64,000 nucleotides of DNA from Cyanophora paradoxa CCMP329 (GCA_004431415.1 QPMI01000491.1:62001-126000); one strand, 5' to 3'. Positions 26,344 through 40,026 are shown, counted from the stretch's first letter. The notes: a model not told the origin generated them from the sequence alone. Translations and numbers: made by a program.

Positions 26344-27442
26344 CTCGAGCTCGGCGGCGCGCTGCTTGAGGGCCTCGTGCTCGCCCTTGAGGCCCTGGAA
26401 GGCCGTCACCGCGCTGCGCAGCTTGCCGCCGGCCTCCGCCAGCCGCTCCGACGACTCCTTCGCCGCCTTCTGAGACTGCGCCGCCCGCCGCCCGTCAGCC
26501 CGTCAGCCCGGGCCGTTCGCCTTGCGGGAGGGGCGGCCCGGCCCGGCTCGCCTCGTCGCGCTCCTTGCGGGCCTCGTTGCGCTCGGCCTGGAGCCTGCGG
26601 AGCTGGCCCTCGATGGCGCCGCGCTCCTCCTCCGCCGAGCGCGCCTGCTCGTCGATCGTCTCCGCCAGCCGCTGCACCTCCGCCTCCAGCTCCGCCACCC
26701 GCGCCGCCGCCGCCGCCGCCGCCGCCGCGCCCCCCGCCGGGGCCGCGGGGGCGCCCTGGCGGATCTTGTCCTGCAGCCGCTCCGTCTCCTCGAAGAGGGC
26801 GTCCCGCTCGGCAGAGACTGCGGCGTAGAGCTCGCCCCGCAGCTTCAGCTCCTTCTCCAGCTCCGCCACGCGCGCCTCGGCCTGCGCGGCGCCGGCGGCC
26901 TCCCCCGCGGCCGGCCGCGCCTCGAGCTCCTTCACGCGCTCGCCGAGGCGCGCGAGCTGCTCGTCGGCCTGCGCCTTCTCCAGCCGCAGCTTGCTGAACG
27001 CCTCCGCCAGCTTCCGCAGCTTCGCGTTCGCCTTCTCCAGCTCGTCGCCGCCGCCGCTCTCGGCCTGCCGAGATCCATCGGCGGGCGCGAGGCGGCGGCA
27101 AGCGCGGTCGTAGGAGGCGCAGACCTTGGCCTTGAGCTCGTTCAGCTCCTTTCGCAGCGCATCGCGCTCCTCGCCGACGCTCACAGCCAAATCCGCTGCG
27201 TCGTTCCTCGCCTCCTCCAGCTCCCGAATGCGCGCCTGGAGCGCGGCCTGTGCGAACGAATCAAAAGATGCACGCGGGAGGCGAGCGAAGGCCGCGCGGG
27301 CGGCATCGAACGCAGAACGCCGAATGCGGCTGGCCGTGGGCGCCGCTCGGTGAAACACGCGAAGCTAGCTGGCACTAGAAGACCGCTAGCGAGCAAGAAG
27401 CGTCGATCCCTCCCCTGCTCCCGAGCTCACCTCATCCGCCAT
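20351..27442 (-). CDS. Long Ala/Glu/Arg-rich coiled-coil protein with C-terminal tail anchor (golgin-like)
   Basis: MADE|AALQARIRELEEARN..., then many heptad-rich exons. C-terminus LRRSAAARLCFLNALFFG|ALFLLYFFMISRYPSS..* is a single TM, reminiscent of golgin-84/CASP tails. Confidence 0.7.
24340..25330. repeat. 313-bp tandem exon+intron repeat inside the coiled-coil gene
   Basis: Three 55-nt introns (24606-24660, 24919-24973, 25232-25286) separated by two homologous 258-nt exons encoding ..AELEAARRQLAE.EARAAEAEARAFELEGRLAEAEEAAA..GKEEAEARAAAAEAR. Confidence 0.85.
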
Positions 27443-27590
27443 GTCGCCCCCCGCCGGCGCTCCGTGTGGCTGGAGCGGCCCCGCAACGACAAACGCACTT
27501 CCTCCGCGTGCGGCCGGATGCCCTAGTTCGCTCGCCGACGAAAGCGCGACCACACGCCGTACCCCCAGAAAGAAAAAAGAGCGAAGCGCG

Positions 27591-29917
27591 ATGAAAGAGC
27601 CCAGCGAGAAGGAGATCAAGAGCTTCCTGCGCGAAACACTCCTAAATGAGGACCTCGACGTGCGCCGCCGCCTCCGCCGCCGCCCGTTCAGTTTGGCCTG
27701 ACGCGCCGGGCAGCAACTGACCGTCAAGATGGTGCTCGTTAAGCTGAACGGTGAGCGTGCATGCATATCGCTCGAGCTAGCGTCGCCCGCCGGGGCTGGA
27801 ATAGGCCCTCGGCCGAAATCGCTCCGAAGCTCGCGAAGCTGAGCCCGGCACGCCGATTCCGACCGAGGAGCTCTTTCTCAGCATCGGAGCAAAGATCCTT
27901 AGCTTAGCTCCCGTGCGCGGCCCGGAGCGCGTGGGCGCTTACTGCGCCCCCGCAGAGCGTTTCAGCATCGACTTCTCCGAGAAGAAGAAGAAGGTCAAGG
28001 CGTGGCTCGAAGAGCTCATGAACGTGCGCGGCGCTGCGTGCGGCCCGCGCGCGGCGCGCTCCGATCGTCCCGCGCGCGCAGGAGGAGGAGAAGGCGAGCT
28101 CGGAGGAGGACGCGAAGAAGAAGACGCCGAAGCGGATCAGGTGCGGCGGGCCGGCCGGGCGCGGGCGGGCGCGGGGCCTCGCCGGCGACCCCGGGGCCGC
28201 GCGCGCCGCAGCGCGGCGGACGTGGCGCGGGCGACGGCGACGCCGCAGCGGCCGGGGTCGGAGAAGAAGGCGAAGGCGACGCCGTCCGCCAGCAGCAGCA
28301 AGAGCGCCTCCAAGGTACCCGTACCCCCCCCCGGCGCTCCCGACCGGCCCCGGCCGAGACGCCCCCTTCCCCCCGCCCCCCGCCGCCCGCCGACGCGCCG
28401 CCGGCAGAGCGGGCGGTCGGAGCGGTCGGAGAGGAGGGCCGGCGGCTTCCCCACGTGCAAGCTTAGCGAGAAGTTGACCGAGTTCCTGGGGGTAGACAGC
28501 CTCACGCGGGGCGAGGCGCGTACCCCCCGCCCCCGCAACCCCCCCCCCCACCCCCCCGTGCCTTCTCCGTCCCGCCCCGCCCCGTCGCGCGCACCTGACG
28601 CCGCCACGCCCCGTACCCCCTCTCCCTTCCGCCCTCCCGCAGGTGGTGAAGGCGATCTGGGACTACATCAAAGAGTGCGCGGGATTCGCTGTACCCCCCT
28701 CGCCCGCCCGCCCGCCCGCCCGCCCGCCGACGTGCCCCGCCCGCCGCCGCGCGCAGGCGCGGCCTGCAGAACCCGAACAACAAGTGCCCTCCCTCTCGCC
28801 CTTCCGCGCCCGCGCGCCCCCTGCAGCTGACAAGATGCACTGCGGTGCGCGGCGGCAGGCGGGAGATCCACTGCGACGCGAGGCTTACGGAGCTCCTCGG
28901 GGTCGACAAGTGCACCATGTTCTCCATAAACAAGTTCCTCGCCCCGGTCCGCCCGCCCCGCCCCCTCCCTCCGCCCCGCCCCGCGCAGAAGCGGCGGCGG
29001 CGCCGCCGCTCGGTCCGGTTCCTGAGCGCCGTGGGCGCAGCACATCCAGGGGTCGGACGGGAAGGGCAAGCGTAAAATGGAGCGGGGGGAGGGCGAGGAC
29101 GGGGAGGGCGGAGAGGGGAAGGAGAGGAAGAAGCGGAAACCGTCGGGCGGCCTCGCAAAGCTCTGCGCCCTCTCCCCCTCCATGGCCGCCTTCCTCGGCG
29201 TCGACCGCCTCCCCCGCACCGAGGTCGTCAAGCGCATCTGGCGCGTACCCCCTCCCCCCGCCCCCCGGTGTCCCCTACCCCGTGCCCCCCGGCGCGCTGA
29301 ACGCCGTACACCCCCATCCAGGGCGTACATCAAGGAGAAGGAGCTGCAGGACCCGAAGGACAAGCGCAACGTGCGCGGCGCCGGCGCGGCGCCGGGGCCG
29401 GGGCCGCCTGCGGGGGGCGCCGCTGACGCGGAGCCTGGGCCCCTTGTGCAGATCATCTGCGACGAGACGCTGAGCGCGGCGTTCAAGGGGGCGAAGAAGA
29501 TGACCATGTTCTCGATGAACAAGCTCCTCTCGCAGGACGGCCACGTCCGCGCCCTCGAGGAAGTGCGTGGTCGTGGGCGGGCGGGCGGCCGCCCGCGCCC
29601 TCGCCTTGTCTCTTTCTTCCGTCCGCGCTGATTGTTCGGCCCGCGCGCAGACGACGGCCGTGCTCGCCAAGGAAGAGGAGGAGGAGGAGGAGGAAGATGA
29701 GGAGGAGGGCGAGGAGGAGGAGGAGGAGGAGGGGGGCGCGGCGGAGGTGCCGGCGACGAAGCAGGAGCCGGTCGCCGTGAAGCAGGAGCCGGCGGGGGCG
29801 GCGGCGGCGGCGGCAGCGACGGCGGCGGCGGCGGTGGCGGCGGCGGCTGTCAAGAAGGAGGAGAGCGAGGAGGAGGAGGGCGACGGGGAGGACGAGGACG
29901 TCGATCTCGACAACTGA
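27591..29917 (+). CDS. DEK_C + 2x SWIB/MDM2 domain protein (UAF30/Spp27/Tri1-like) with acidic tail
   Basis: MKEPSEKEIKSFLRETLLNEDLD|QLTVKMV..ERFSIDFSEKKKKVK (DEK_C). LSEKLTEFLGVDSLTRGE|VVKAIWDYIKE..LQNP..EIHCDARL and LSPSMAAFLGVDRLPRTEVVKRIW|AYIKEKELQDPKDKRN|IICDETL (two SWIBs). Confidence 0.9.
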
Positions 29918-30739
29918 TCGCGGGCCCGTACCGAGGGCTGCCCGGACGGGATTTAGCTTTAGCGCAGCGTACCCCTCTAGCGTAGGCGCTCATGATCAGC
30001 GACATGCAGCACTAGTGAATTTTCGCACGTGTCCGCTGGGGGTGAATTGCAGGTCATGTAATTTACTGCGAAAACCACGAAATCAAAGAGGGTCCAGGGT
30101 GGCGAACCTTCCCCCGCCCCCCCTCGCCCCCTCGCCCCCTCCCCCCCCCCCCCGCCCCCTCCCTCCCTCCCCACCTCTCCCACCCCTCCTCCCTCCCCAC
30201 CTCTCCCCGCCCCCTGCCCTCCTCGCCCTTGCAGCTATCCCGTCCCTGGGGTGTGTGCTTGACCTTTCACTCTCAAATATTAATTGAAATTGTGGAACTA
30301 GACCTAGATCTTGCTTGACCTCGAAGCCCACTGCCCGCCCCGCCCCCTGCCCCCCCCCCCCCCCCCCCCCCCCCGCCCCCGCCCCCCGCCCCCGCCCCGC
30401 CCCCCACCCTCCTTCCATCTGAGTACCTCCGAGCTACAGCTGCATTGAATAGTAGACAATGTTATTCAATTAAATCGATGCTGTACAGAAGTGCTCTCAT
30501 TAACCATTTACACCTAACATGAACAAGTATGTCGCTGCGTATTGGTGTCTATATATATATAGCTATCGAGTTAACGTTCAAGCTGCTATGTGTCAAAGGA
30601 ACATCGCATTTCAGAACAGGCAGAACACGCAAGTTGCCTTGAGCTTCACCGAACTTTGTCTTCGAAATTCCTCACTGACCAATTTGGGTCGACCGCTGAT
30701 CATAAAAAGTTTGGGTCCGTTGACTTTGATTTACTTGAT

Positions 30740-33700
30740 TTACACCGGCGGCGCCGCCGGCGCCGCGGCCGGCTGGACGTCGACGCGGTTCGGGTTGCGG
30801 CGCCGCCGGACGACGATGACGACGACGACGGCGACAGCGACGATGGCGAGCACGGCGCCCGCCGCTCCGACCGCCGCCGCGATCGTCAGCGTGTTCGACG
30901 AGGACTCCGCGGCGGCCGGGATCGGGCTCGACGCCGGATTCGCGGTCCCGCCGGGGACCGGCGAGTCGACCGAGACGGGGGCGCTCACAGGCGCCGTCAC
31001 AGCCCCTCGGAGGGCGCCTGCAGATAAGAAATTAAAGGCTTCGCCGTTGACGTCTACGCATGCGCACCGGCGTTCGCCACGATCTGGACGCCCGTGACGC
31101 GGACGCCGTTGACGACAAGCGCGCCGGCGAGGGCCTTCTGCTGGATCGAGACGGCGAGCGCCTCTGCCGTCACGTTGCTCCCCGCCGCCGCCGTGACCTC
31201 GATCTGCCGCGACGTTTCAGATACACTTAAAGACTAAGCGATCGTGCCGTCTCACCGTGAGAACAACGGATCCCTCCCGTCGGCTGAGGACCTTGAATCG
31301 CGATACCGGCACGCCCTCGAGCTCGGCGAGCCCCGCCAAGAACTGCGCGAAGGCGGCCACGGATCGGCGCCGCGAATTAATATTGGAGCAGGCACTCGCA
31401 CGCACTCGCGCGTCGCTCGCGTTGGTCCACGTCGCGTAGTTGCCGTCGAGCACCAGCAAAAGCACGGAGGAGGTCGGGGCCGCGGCGAAAATGTCCGCCG
31501 AATTGACCTGGTATGCCTTCACGGCCGAGACCTAGATTGAAAACGGGCGGCTTGAGAAAGCAACGAACGTGCCATGATGCACAGACAAAGCGTAAGATAC
31601 TTTCGCACCATCGCCGCCCATCCCTGGGACTGTATGACGCCGTTGCTCTGGAAACGGATCACGAGCTTGCTTCCAAGGGACTGCACTGCTGGTGGCGGGA
31701 GCTCCGGGCTCCCTAAAAAGCAGCCATCAGGGAAAGAATAGTATAAAGCAAATTAAATTAAAGGGATCCGTGAACCTGAAATATTGAGGAGAAGATCGGC
31801 GTTTTGCATGGGTTGAAGAGTACCAGTACTGGTGCTGACTGTCCCGTTCGCCGCATTCGAAGTCGACGTCGTCGCATTCAAAAGTCGAACTTCTTTCGCC
31901 GCGATCGAGCTCGAGGCCGTTGAAGCGAGCAGACCGGACACCATTGTGTCGATCACCTGCCATTGTACAAGTCGAGCGCGCAAGATCTATAGCTATATAT
32001 AGCTAGAGCCTCGCACCTGAAGAAAGTCGACGCCACCCTCAGTCGACAGGAACGTTGTGTTGAAAACAAGCGACGCTCCCACGGGTCCCTCCACCGTCCT
32101 AAATTAAAGGGGATGTGATCATGAGCTAACTTAGTTAACGGGTTCCATCAATCACAATCTAGATCTTTGCCCACCAGGTGCACAGCGCGTCCGGGAGATA
32201 CGTGAAGGAAGATTCTTGCCCGTTGCTCGCGACGGCGACGACGCTCCCGAGCTTGTCCAGAGCAAGCTTGATTTCGCCGTTGCACGCTTGCTTGTCTGCA
32301 GCAACAATCGATATTACATCCACAATCACAGTCAGAGAATTGAGGCCGACCTTTCCTATAGGAGGCGCGGAAGCCCTGGAAATTGTTGACGCGGTCAGAG
32401 GTAAATGTCACGTAGGCTCGCCCCGACGAGGCGGCGACCGCCCGGCCCTCGGGATTCACAGCGCCCGAAATCTCGGCGATCAAGCGGGCGTCGGCGCTGG
32501 GCCCGTCGTAGACGCGGATGAGGTCTTGGCCGGGCTCCGTGTCGACGAAAGTGAAGTTGAGGAGAATCGATCCGTTGCCCGGCGGAGAAACGAGCCACGC
32601 GCAGAGCGAGTTCTCCACATACGGCTGGCTTCCGGAGCCATCGTCGAAGGTTCCTTCGCTAGTGTTTAACTGCGTAAGGCGCGCGCAGAGCTGCTCCGGA
32701 GGCGGGACGTCCCAATACTCGAAGAGGAATCCTTCGCCCGTGTTCGCAGCGTTGGACACGAAGTACACAGTGAGGGCAGTGATGCCCTCCGACGAGATGA
32801 ACGACGTCTGATTGAAGGCATCACCGGCGCTGGTTCCGACGGTGCTGGCGTTGTAGGACCCGGAGAACTTGCCAAGGATGGAGCCCTTCGTCGAGGCGCC
32901 GTCGATGACGGAGACGAAGTCGAAGCCCTTCTCGAGCGCGAGCTCGCGAAGCTCGACCCGCACGCGCCCACCGGAGCTCGAGTGCACCACCCTGCGCAGG
33001 ACCGAATCAGAACCGCGCAGGCCAGGCCCGGGCAGGTGAGGAAGGAGACCAAGCGCAGGCGGTCTTGTCGGAGTAAGGGCGGTCGCCAGACCCATCCGTG
33101 AAGTTGCGGCGCTCGAGGGTCGCGTTGAGCGTCTGCGCCGCCTCGCAGTAGCGGACCGTGGTGTACGTGGCCTCGAAGCCCTGCAGCGGCTCGAGGCCGG
33201 ATGATTGGAAGACGACCCTGACGCTGGAGCCCGTGGACTCGTAGAAGAACGTGTTCCGCTCTGTTGTGTTGCCACGGACGAACGGGCCGGAGCGCTCCGC
33301 TGCCGCCACGTAGCTTCTCCCTGCTTCCCGCTTCAGCGGTGTGCCAAATTTCTATAATTTAGAGCTGCGATCTAGAGCCGCGGCACCTTCAAATATGGTG
33401 ATCGTGGCACCACCCGCCTCCAAGTCAATGAACGTGAAATTCAGTTGCAGGAAGCCGGGGGAGTCCGTTTTCAGGACCCTGCGCAGTTGAAAATGGAATG
33501 GTCAGATCTCGCGATCGTGCAGCTAGCCGAATTGCAATTCGGAGTTCGAGTGAATCGGATGGTATATACCATGAGCAGAACGTTTCCGGCCTGTACAGAG
33601 CGTCCCCGGAGCCATCGTTGAACGAGCCCGAGCCGGCAGGCTCGATGCGGCGCCTCGCGCAGTAGGGCGTTGATTTGGCTGCTCGCGCGTCAAGACAGCC

Positions 33701-36700
33701 TATATTCGTCAAAGAAAGGCAATAGACCGGTTTTGTAAGTCGCTGTGAATCCGTTGCTGAGCTCTGCAAGGCTTCCAGAGACGAAGGTGACGGTCATAGC
33801 ACTTCCAGACGAGCGGACGGTGAAGGGAACTGACGGCGTTCCAGAGGTCCTGTTCAAAAGAGTAGCCGATGTATCTGGGCCGTCATAAATCTGGGTTCAA
33901 GAAATGAGGAGACGATTGAATCTGGCCATGGAGGCCAAAAGTGCTGGAATCGATATCGATGCTCACCCTCACAATGCCGCTATCAGCTTTCGTTGCGAAT
34001 GATGTGAAGGTCAATTCTATCGGAGATTGACTGGTGCTCACAAGTTTCCTGAGAACGCAGATGTAGAATTTTTCGAATCAATGGAGTTTTTGAGGAGACC
34101 CATGGCCATGCAAAAATGACGCACCACTCGCAGTTAGTATTTGTCCCGTAATTAAAAGGACCGCTACCGTCGCTCAATGTGCCCTCTGAGTACACGTATA
34201 TTGTTTCTGAACCCTTGCAGAACTGGTAGTAAAAAAGAGTGAAGCCGCCAGCGCGCGTATAAGAGTCGGAAGTCCATGTCACGAGCAGATAGTTGGACGG
34301 ATAGGCGAATAGCCTCGAAGGCGAAACCCGAAAGATGTTGGGGGTATTGGTGCCAACTCCAACATCCGTGCCCAGAACACCCGAGGCTACGTATGATTTG
34401 TTGACCCTTCCATCGACCATGTGGAAAACCGTAACGAAATCGTATCCTGCGAAAGCTTTTGATTCGCGCGCTGAAAAGATTTGAATTCGCAATCGTGAGA
34501 TCGTACCCTTTTCGGTGCTGAGATTGTCGAAAGACATCACCACATCGCCAGTGCCGGGTGGCATAATGGCCCAGTTGCACTCCATGTTGTCGATATAATT
34601 TCGGCGAGGACCGCTACCGTCCGTCACGCTCCCCGAAGGGCCAAACAGTTTGACCGGCCGGGAGAGCGAGGAAGCGCAAACTGCACCACCGCACGCGACG
34701 GCATCTTAGATGACATATATTCACGACGATATATATAATTAGATATACGAATACTTTATTGACGCACGTGGATTATAATCAATTGAGATGCCAGCAGCAG
34801 CAGTCGTCGATTCCATGCCGAAGCGAAGAATTAAGGGGAAGCCAGAGTAGGGAATGTCCCAGTAGAGGTCTTCAGTCAGAGCAGGGTAGACTATCCAACG
34901 CCCCAGCCAACGGCGATCAGTAGTAGTACGGCGAGTGCAATCTTCGGTCGTGTACGTGTACGAGCGCTTGTACCACGGCGCCCACGAGTACGGAGCATAC
35001 GTCCCCGTCACCGTATTCTCCTCGCAGACTTGCAGCATGTCGTCAGGCCCTGTTGAGAGGAATCACCGTCTGTCGGGTCTCCGGATCCATCGGAAAACGA
35101 AAGAGAGCACCTAGCACTGTTCCTTCTTTGAAAGTGACATATCCAGTGTTCACTCCGTAAAGAATGAACTCGCATTTCTGCGAGGTACCATGAGACGACT
35201 TCGCTCAATGCGATGTCTGACCTATAGCTACGTACCAGTCCCTCGGTGTAAGGGAAAGGCCCGCTGCCGTCTGTGATTGTGGCTGCCCCCCAAACGCTTG
35301 CGCGTCCGTTGCACATTTGCCACCACGTAAGAGTAAAGCCGTTGGCTTCCGTATTTGCGGCAGAATCGCTCGTGAAGAGCACGAACACTTGGGTTCGCTT
35401 GGTCGAGCTTGATATATAGTCTGTGTAGACTGGCGTCAAGCTCGAGCTAGGAATGATCATTTCGGCCACCGAAGGGTAGCCGGAGTCAAAAACCTGATCG
35501 ATATGAAATTAAACGTGAGTTCGAGGTTAATCAATGCAATTGAAAAACTGGCAAAGCAATGCGATGCGAATTCCATTGGGGAGCCGCGCACCTGGAGCGT
35601 GTCGCCAGAGCCGAGAGACTTGCTGATGTTGAATACGATTGGCCCCGTTCCGAGAGGATTGATGATCCACCCGCACTTTGTCCCGGGGCGGTACTTCGAG
35701 GCCCCGCTTCCGTCTGTGATCGTTCCGGACTTCGCGAAAATGTTTGATCCTTCAGGCACACGCTGGATCCCATCGCAGAAGACCTTCCCTCCGATCGCTG
35801 TTCGACCGGTCTCAATTGAGAGCTCAAGCTAAAGGGTTTAAGCCTCCTTTTGCTGAGTGCTAGCTATAGCGTGCGCGTGCGAACGCACCGACGGAGACCG
35901 TCACTGATATCTTGATGGAAGAGGTGAGGTCCAAAACGTCTGTTGCTGTGATTGTGAGCTCAGTAGTGCCGACGGAAGCAGCCTGGTAGCTAGGTCAGAA
36001 ACGCTGCAGACAGATGCGCGGCAGATCCAGATGCAGACGCGGAGCTTTCAGGATCACCTTGAAGCCGAGCATGAATTTATGATCGGGAAATCTCTCGAGG
36101 AGATGATAGTCTTCGATCGTCAGAGACGAAGAGGAAACCACTGACTCCGCAGAGCTTTGTACGGTGAAGGTCATCTCGTCCGGGAACTGGTCCGACAGAA
36201 TTTCGAAAAACTCGAACGCTGACTGATCAAGAGGCGTGGTGATAGTTGTAGGGGCTCCCCTGAATCTCGGTGCTGCATTCGATTGCAAGGCTTCAGAAAG
36301 GCTTTCCTTCGATTGAGTTGAGCACCACTAGCATACGCATGCGCACGATTTGCGATAAGGACAGTGATCGTCCTCCGGCTTGTCTGCCCGATGTAGTCGC
36401 GGGCCGAAAGAGTGACCACGGCCGTGCCCTTCGCATTTTTCACTGTTTTGAGAATGACCTTCCCACTGTCGATGCGAGCCGTGACGCTGGAAGAGTCCGA
36501 CTCGACGCGCAATACAAGCTCTCGCTTCTCACAATCGAAGATGGCACAGAGAACTGTATTCCGCCGCTTGGCTGTGAATGCAACTGGCAGCTCCGTAGCT
36601 ACAGCCTCGTCCGAGCGAAGAGTGACGAAGTCGGACTCGAGCGAGAGCTCCGGGGCTGCCGTGCCAGAAACAGCTTGAGTTTATTTTGAAAGATATATAA

Positions 36701-39581
36701 ATAATATTAATAGTCTAGCGGTCGAGGGAACTGAAGATCTAGAACCGGTCGAACCTTTGAAGGTCTGTAGGGAAATCCATGGTTTTTCTGCGTCCATTAT
36801 CGCCACTGTTGCCTTCGGAGAGTACTGCGTACGCGCGGGTGCAATGAGGAACGCTCGCCCGCGGCCGGTATTCAGCACGAGAAAAGCTTAAGAAAAGAGA
36901 ACCTTCGCTAGTTGCGTTTCTTCCGTCCATAGCTTGATTCCTGTCCAGCCGAAATCCCATTTCGGGCGCTGGAAATTGATCGTCGCGTTGACGCGGGTCG
37001 CATTGGATTTAAAAATTCTGGCAAAGACGCGATGTGCTGTCAGACACAGGGATCCGAATAGAGGACTGAGCGGGTAAACGTCGCACCCAATTTGGATATC
37101 TTCAGTGCCGGCAACGGGCTGAGCTGACAAAGAGCCGCCGTAGTAGTAGGAAAACTCGACTGCTCCCATTACTCCCAGAGCAAAGTCAAATTCTAGCGAG
37201 AAAATCTTCCAGCCAAGACGCTTTCGGAACTTGGGAAGCCCCGCATACAGCTGGATCTCGACGGCGGGACCTGCTCCTGCAAACATCTGGAGCCCTGATC
37301 ATGACCATGAAGCTCTAATTAGTTCGATGTTATTGCAACCCGCTGGGATCCGGCGAGGCGCACTGTTGGATCGAACGTCCAACCTAGGGCCAACAGTTTG
37401 CAAATCGAACTTGGATGTGCCATACGGCTGGTGAAAAATGGCGAATAGGACCGTTTCAGAGGATCAGAACGTGAAGAACAAGTATTCGTAAAGATTAAAT
37501 TTCGAGGCTAAAAGGCAGACCGTCCAGGAATCAGTACGCTTTGAATACTCAATTCCCATTTCCGTCTCGAATGAGAAGAATATTCCAAAAACGAGGCGAG
37601 CCTCCGCCTACATCAGCACCAAAATTGAGCAAGATCAGCACACGAGCCAAACGTGAGTCGACAAATTATACTTTCTTGAGCACGTATAGCATGAGTAAAA
37701 TCAAAGAACACGCATATATACATGGGATAAAACTTTATTCGATCCACAAATTTAAAGATAGATCGAGACTCTGAGAGGTTACCTGAAGCTGATTCTGGAA
37801 CAAAGCCTTCGCCTTCAACACCGCCGCCACCGAAATCTCGAAGATGCCGACAAACGTCTTCGCGACAGTAAACGACTTGCTGGCGAGCAGCTTCTCCCTT
37901 TCAACTTCGTTGATGTTGATGATCGTCTCGACGGTGACATTTCCTTCTCCGGTCCCCTTGACGCCGAATTTGGCGGACGTCGGGGGCTCTAGCGAAGGAG
38001 CCACGATGAGACAAGATCACAAGATCGAGCTTGCGCGGGCGATGGCCATGGCTTGAATATCAATTTCGCACCTTCGCTGGATGCGCTGTACTCGATGACG
38101 ACCGCGAGCTTGGCTTCCGCGTAGCACCCCAGGCAGTTCACCCTGTACGAGACCATGGGGACCTGCGCATGTGCAAAACACCGTGAGGCAGATTTACATT
38201 GCACTGGTACTGGCTTCGCTGCGCGCCTCCGGATCTTCGTCGAGGTCCTTCTTGGCGGCGGTTGCGGTCGCCGCGGTCTTCGTTTGTGTCTGCGACTGCT
38301 GGCTTCTCTCCCGCGCCTCCTTCAACTCCTTCACGACGTCGATCACAGCCTCCTGGGGCCCCCCGTTCGCATTCTGAGAGAATGGATTGGGGAAATACTA
38401 ATTAGATTAGAGCATACGAAGAGATGCAGAGCTAACGCGCCCTGTTCCACGCGTATGTGTAGACGGGGATCTCCCACCGCTCGGCCAGGTGGCGGCGCCC
38501 GCGCGCCGCCGTGCGGCGCCTCTCAACCGGCGAGCCCTCCCCCTCTTGGTGCAGCTGCTGGCTTTCCAGGCGGAACGAAATGTGCTCCGCGCAGTCCTGC
38601 TCGTCGCAAGTTCGAGGTCAATTTTAAGAGACAGCAGCTGCAGGTAGATGCGAGGGGTAAATTGAATTCAAACTCGCTCACGAGGACATTGGCGACGATC
38701 ACCCGGACTCGGATCTGGCTGGCGTCGAGGCCGGTTTTGGGCTCAGCGACGATGCGGAGCGTGATGGGGCCCTCTTCCCCGACGAAATCCAGGCACTCCC
38801 AGCCGGAGCTCGCGTGGAGGACGGTGCGGAAGGGGGCGAGGCGGGCCGCGAACGCGGCGGCGTCGGCCGGGGACGCGAGGCCGAGGAGGAGGAAGCCGTC
38901 CTGCAGATCGGAGCAGGAGAGCGCCTGGATGGATGGAACGAGGTCGAGGACGATGCAGAGGGGGTTCGGGTTGTCGATCCGGTATTCAACACGATGGTAC
39001 CTGCCGCGAAACTTGAAACGATCACGACGTCGACGCTCATATGTATGCCTATGCCTATGCATATGCATATGCATGCGCAATACGTATACGTATACGTATA
39101 CGTATATGCATGTACACGTATACGTACGCGTATATACCTATACGCGCGCAATATTAATACGTACTACGGTATACGTATACGTATACGTATATGTACGTAT
39201 ATGGTACGTTCATACGAATATTAATATACGTGATTAACTATAATGCCGTGTGCACGTGATGCATGACACTCACCGACCAGCTTCGTCCGTGTCCGTTGAA
39301 TCGCTCGAGAATACCAGCGGCTGGCCCCGCGAGCCGGGGCTCTCGTCGAATCGCTTCGTGCTGATGCCTGAGCCTAGGCCTCCGGCTGCAGTCCCCGCCC
39401 CCGGGCTGGCGCCAGCCGACTCATAAAAGGACAAGATGCGCTGCACTTCGTCCGGCTCCTTCCCCGCAAGGACGTACGAGGGGTCGGGCCGGCTGCCTGC
39501 CGAGCAGTGCTGCACGATCGCTGCGACAAGGCACGCGTACAGAAGAACTCGGCCCCGCCAAGAGTTCGAGAGCAGAGACAT
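30740..39581 (-). CDS. Type I membrane protein: signal peptide, DUF7029/DUF7223-like region, 2 cadherin-like/Ig beta domains, about 8 CUB domains, SEA-like domain, Pro/Ser/Thr linker, TM
   Basis: Signal peptide VLLYACLVAAIVQHCSAG. CIVLDLVPSIQALSC...SGWEC and VNCLGCYAEAK. CUB starts C..G(T/S)(I/F)TDGSG..Y....C.W between about 35750 and 32200 (e.g. SEGTFDDGSGSQPYVENSLCAW..LNFTFVDTEPGQDLIRVYDG..VTFTSD..QGFRASY; the last copy is diverged). TM AAAVGAAGAVLAIVAVAVVVVIVV followed by RRRR. Confidence 0.85.
39040..39235. repeat. Intronic hexamer microsatellite, mostly alternating purine/pyrimidine (TATGCC > TATGCA > TATACG)
   Basis: Directly visible; lies in the first intron of the CUB gene. Confidence 0.85.
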
Positions 39582-40026
39582 GGTTTCCGATGTCAAAGTT
39601 GCCAAGTTGCAATTCTCAACGGCTATAACAATTGCGCGAGCGCATTAGCGCGAGCTAGCTATAGATCTAGAGCTGTCTGCTCAGCAGCTAGTCGCGATCG
39701 ACTGCTGCTTCCCGGAGTCCGCTGCTTCCGATATCGATATCGATCGCGATCGCGAAGTTCCACTAGTGCAGCTGCAGGAGTGCAGCGCGCGCAGCGCTAC
39801 TAGGCTAGCCCGGGCGTGGCTGACTCAGTGAGCAGTGCCACGGTGAACAGCCCGCTGCACGCCGCACGTATATATACGTATAAACGCGTAATCAAACTAC
39901 GTATATATACGTAATCTACGTATATATATACGTATAAACGCAGCTAGTAGCCTAGTAGCCTAGTAGGCTAGCTGCCGCACTGGCGCAGTGCATGCATGCG
40001 CGCGCGCGCAGCGCCGCGCACTACTA

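Noticed and set aside
30110-30415. Poly-C/poly-G tracts here and in many introns
   Set aside because: Ubiquitous low-complexity runs of unreliable length; G-quadruplex potential but no specific signal.
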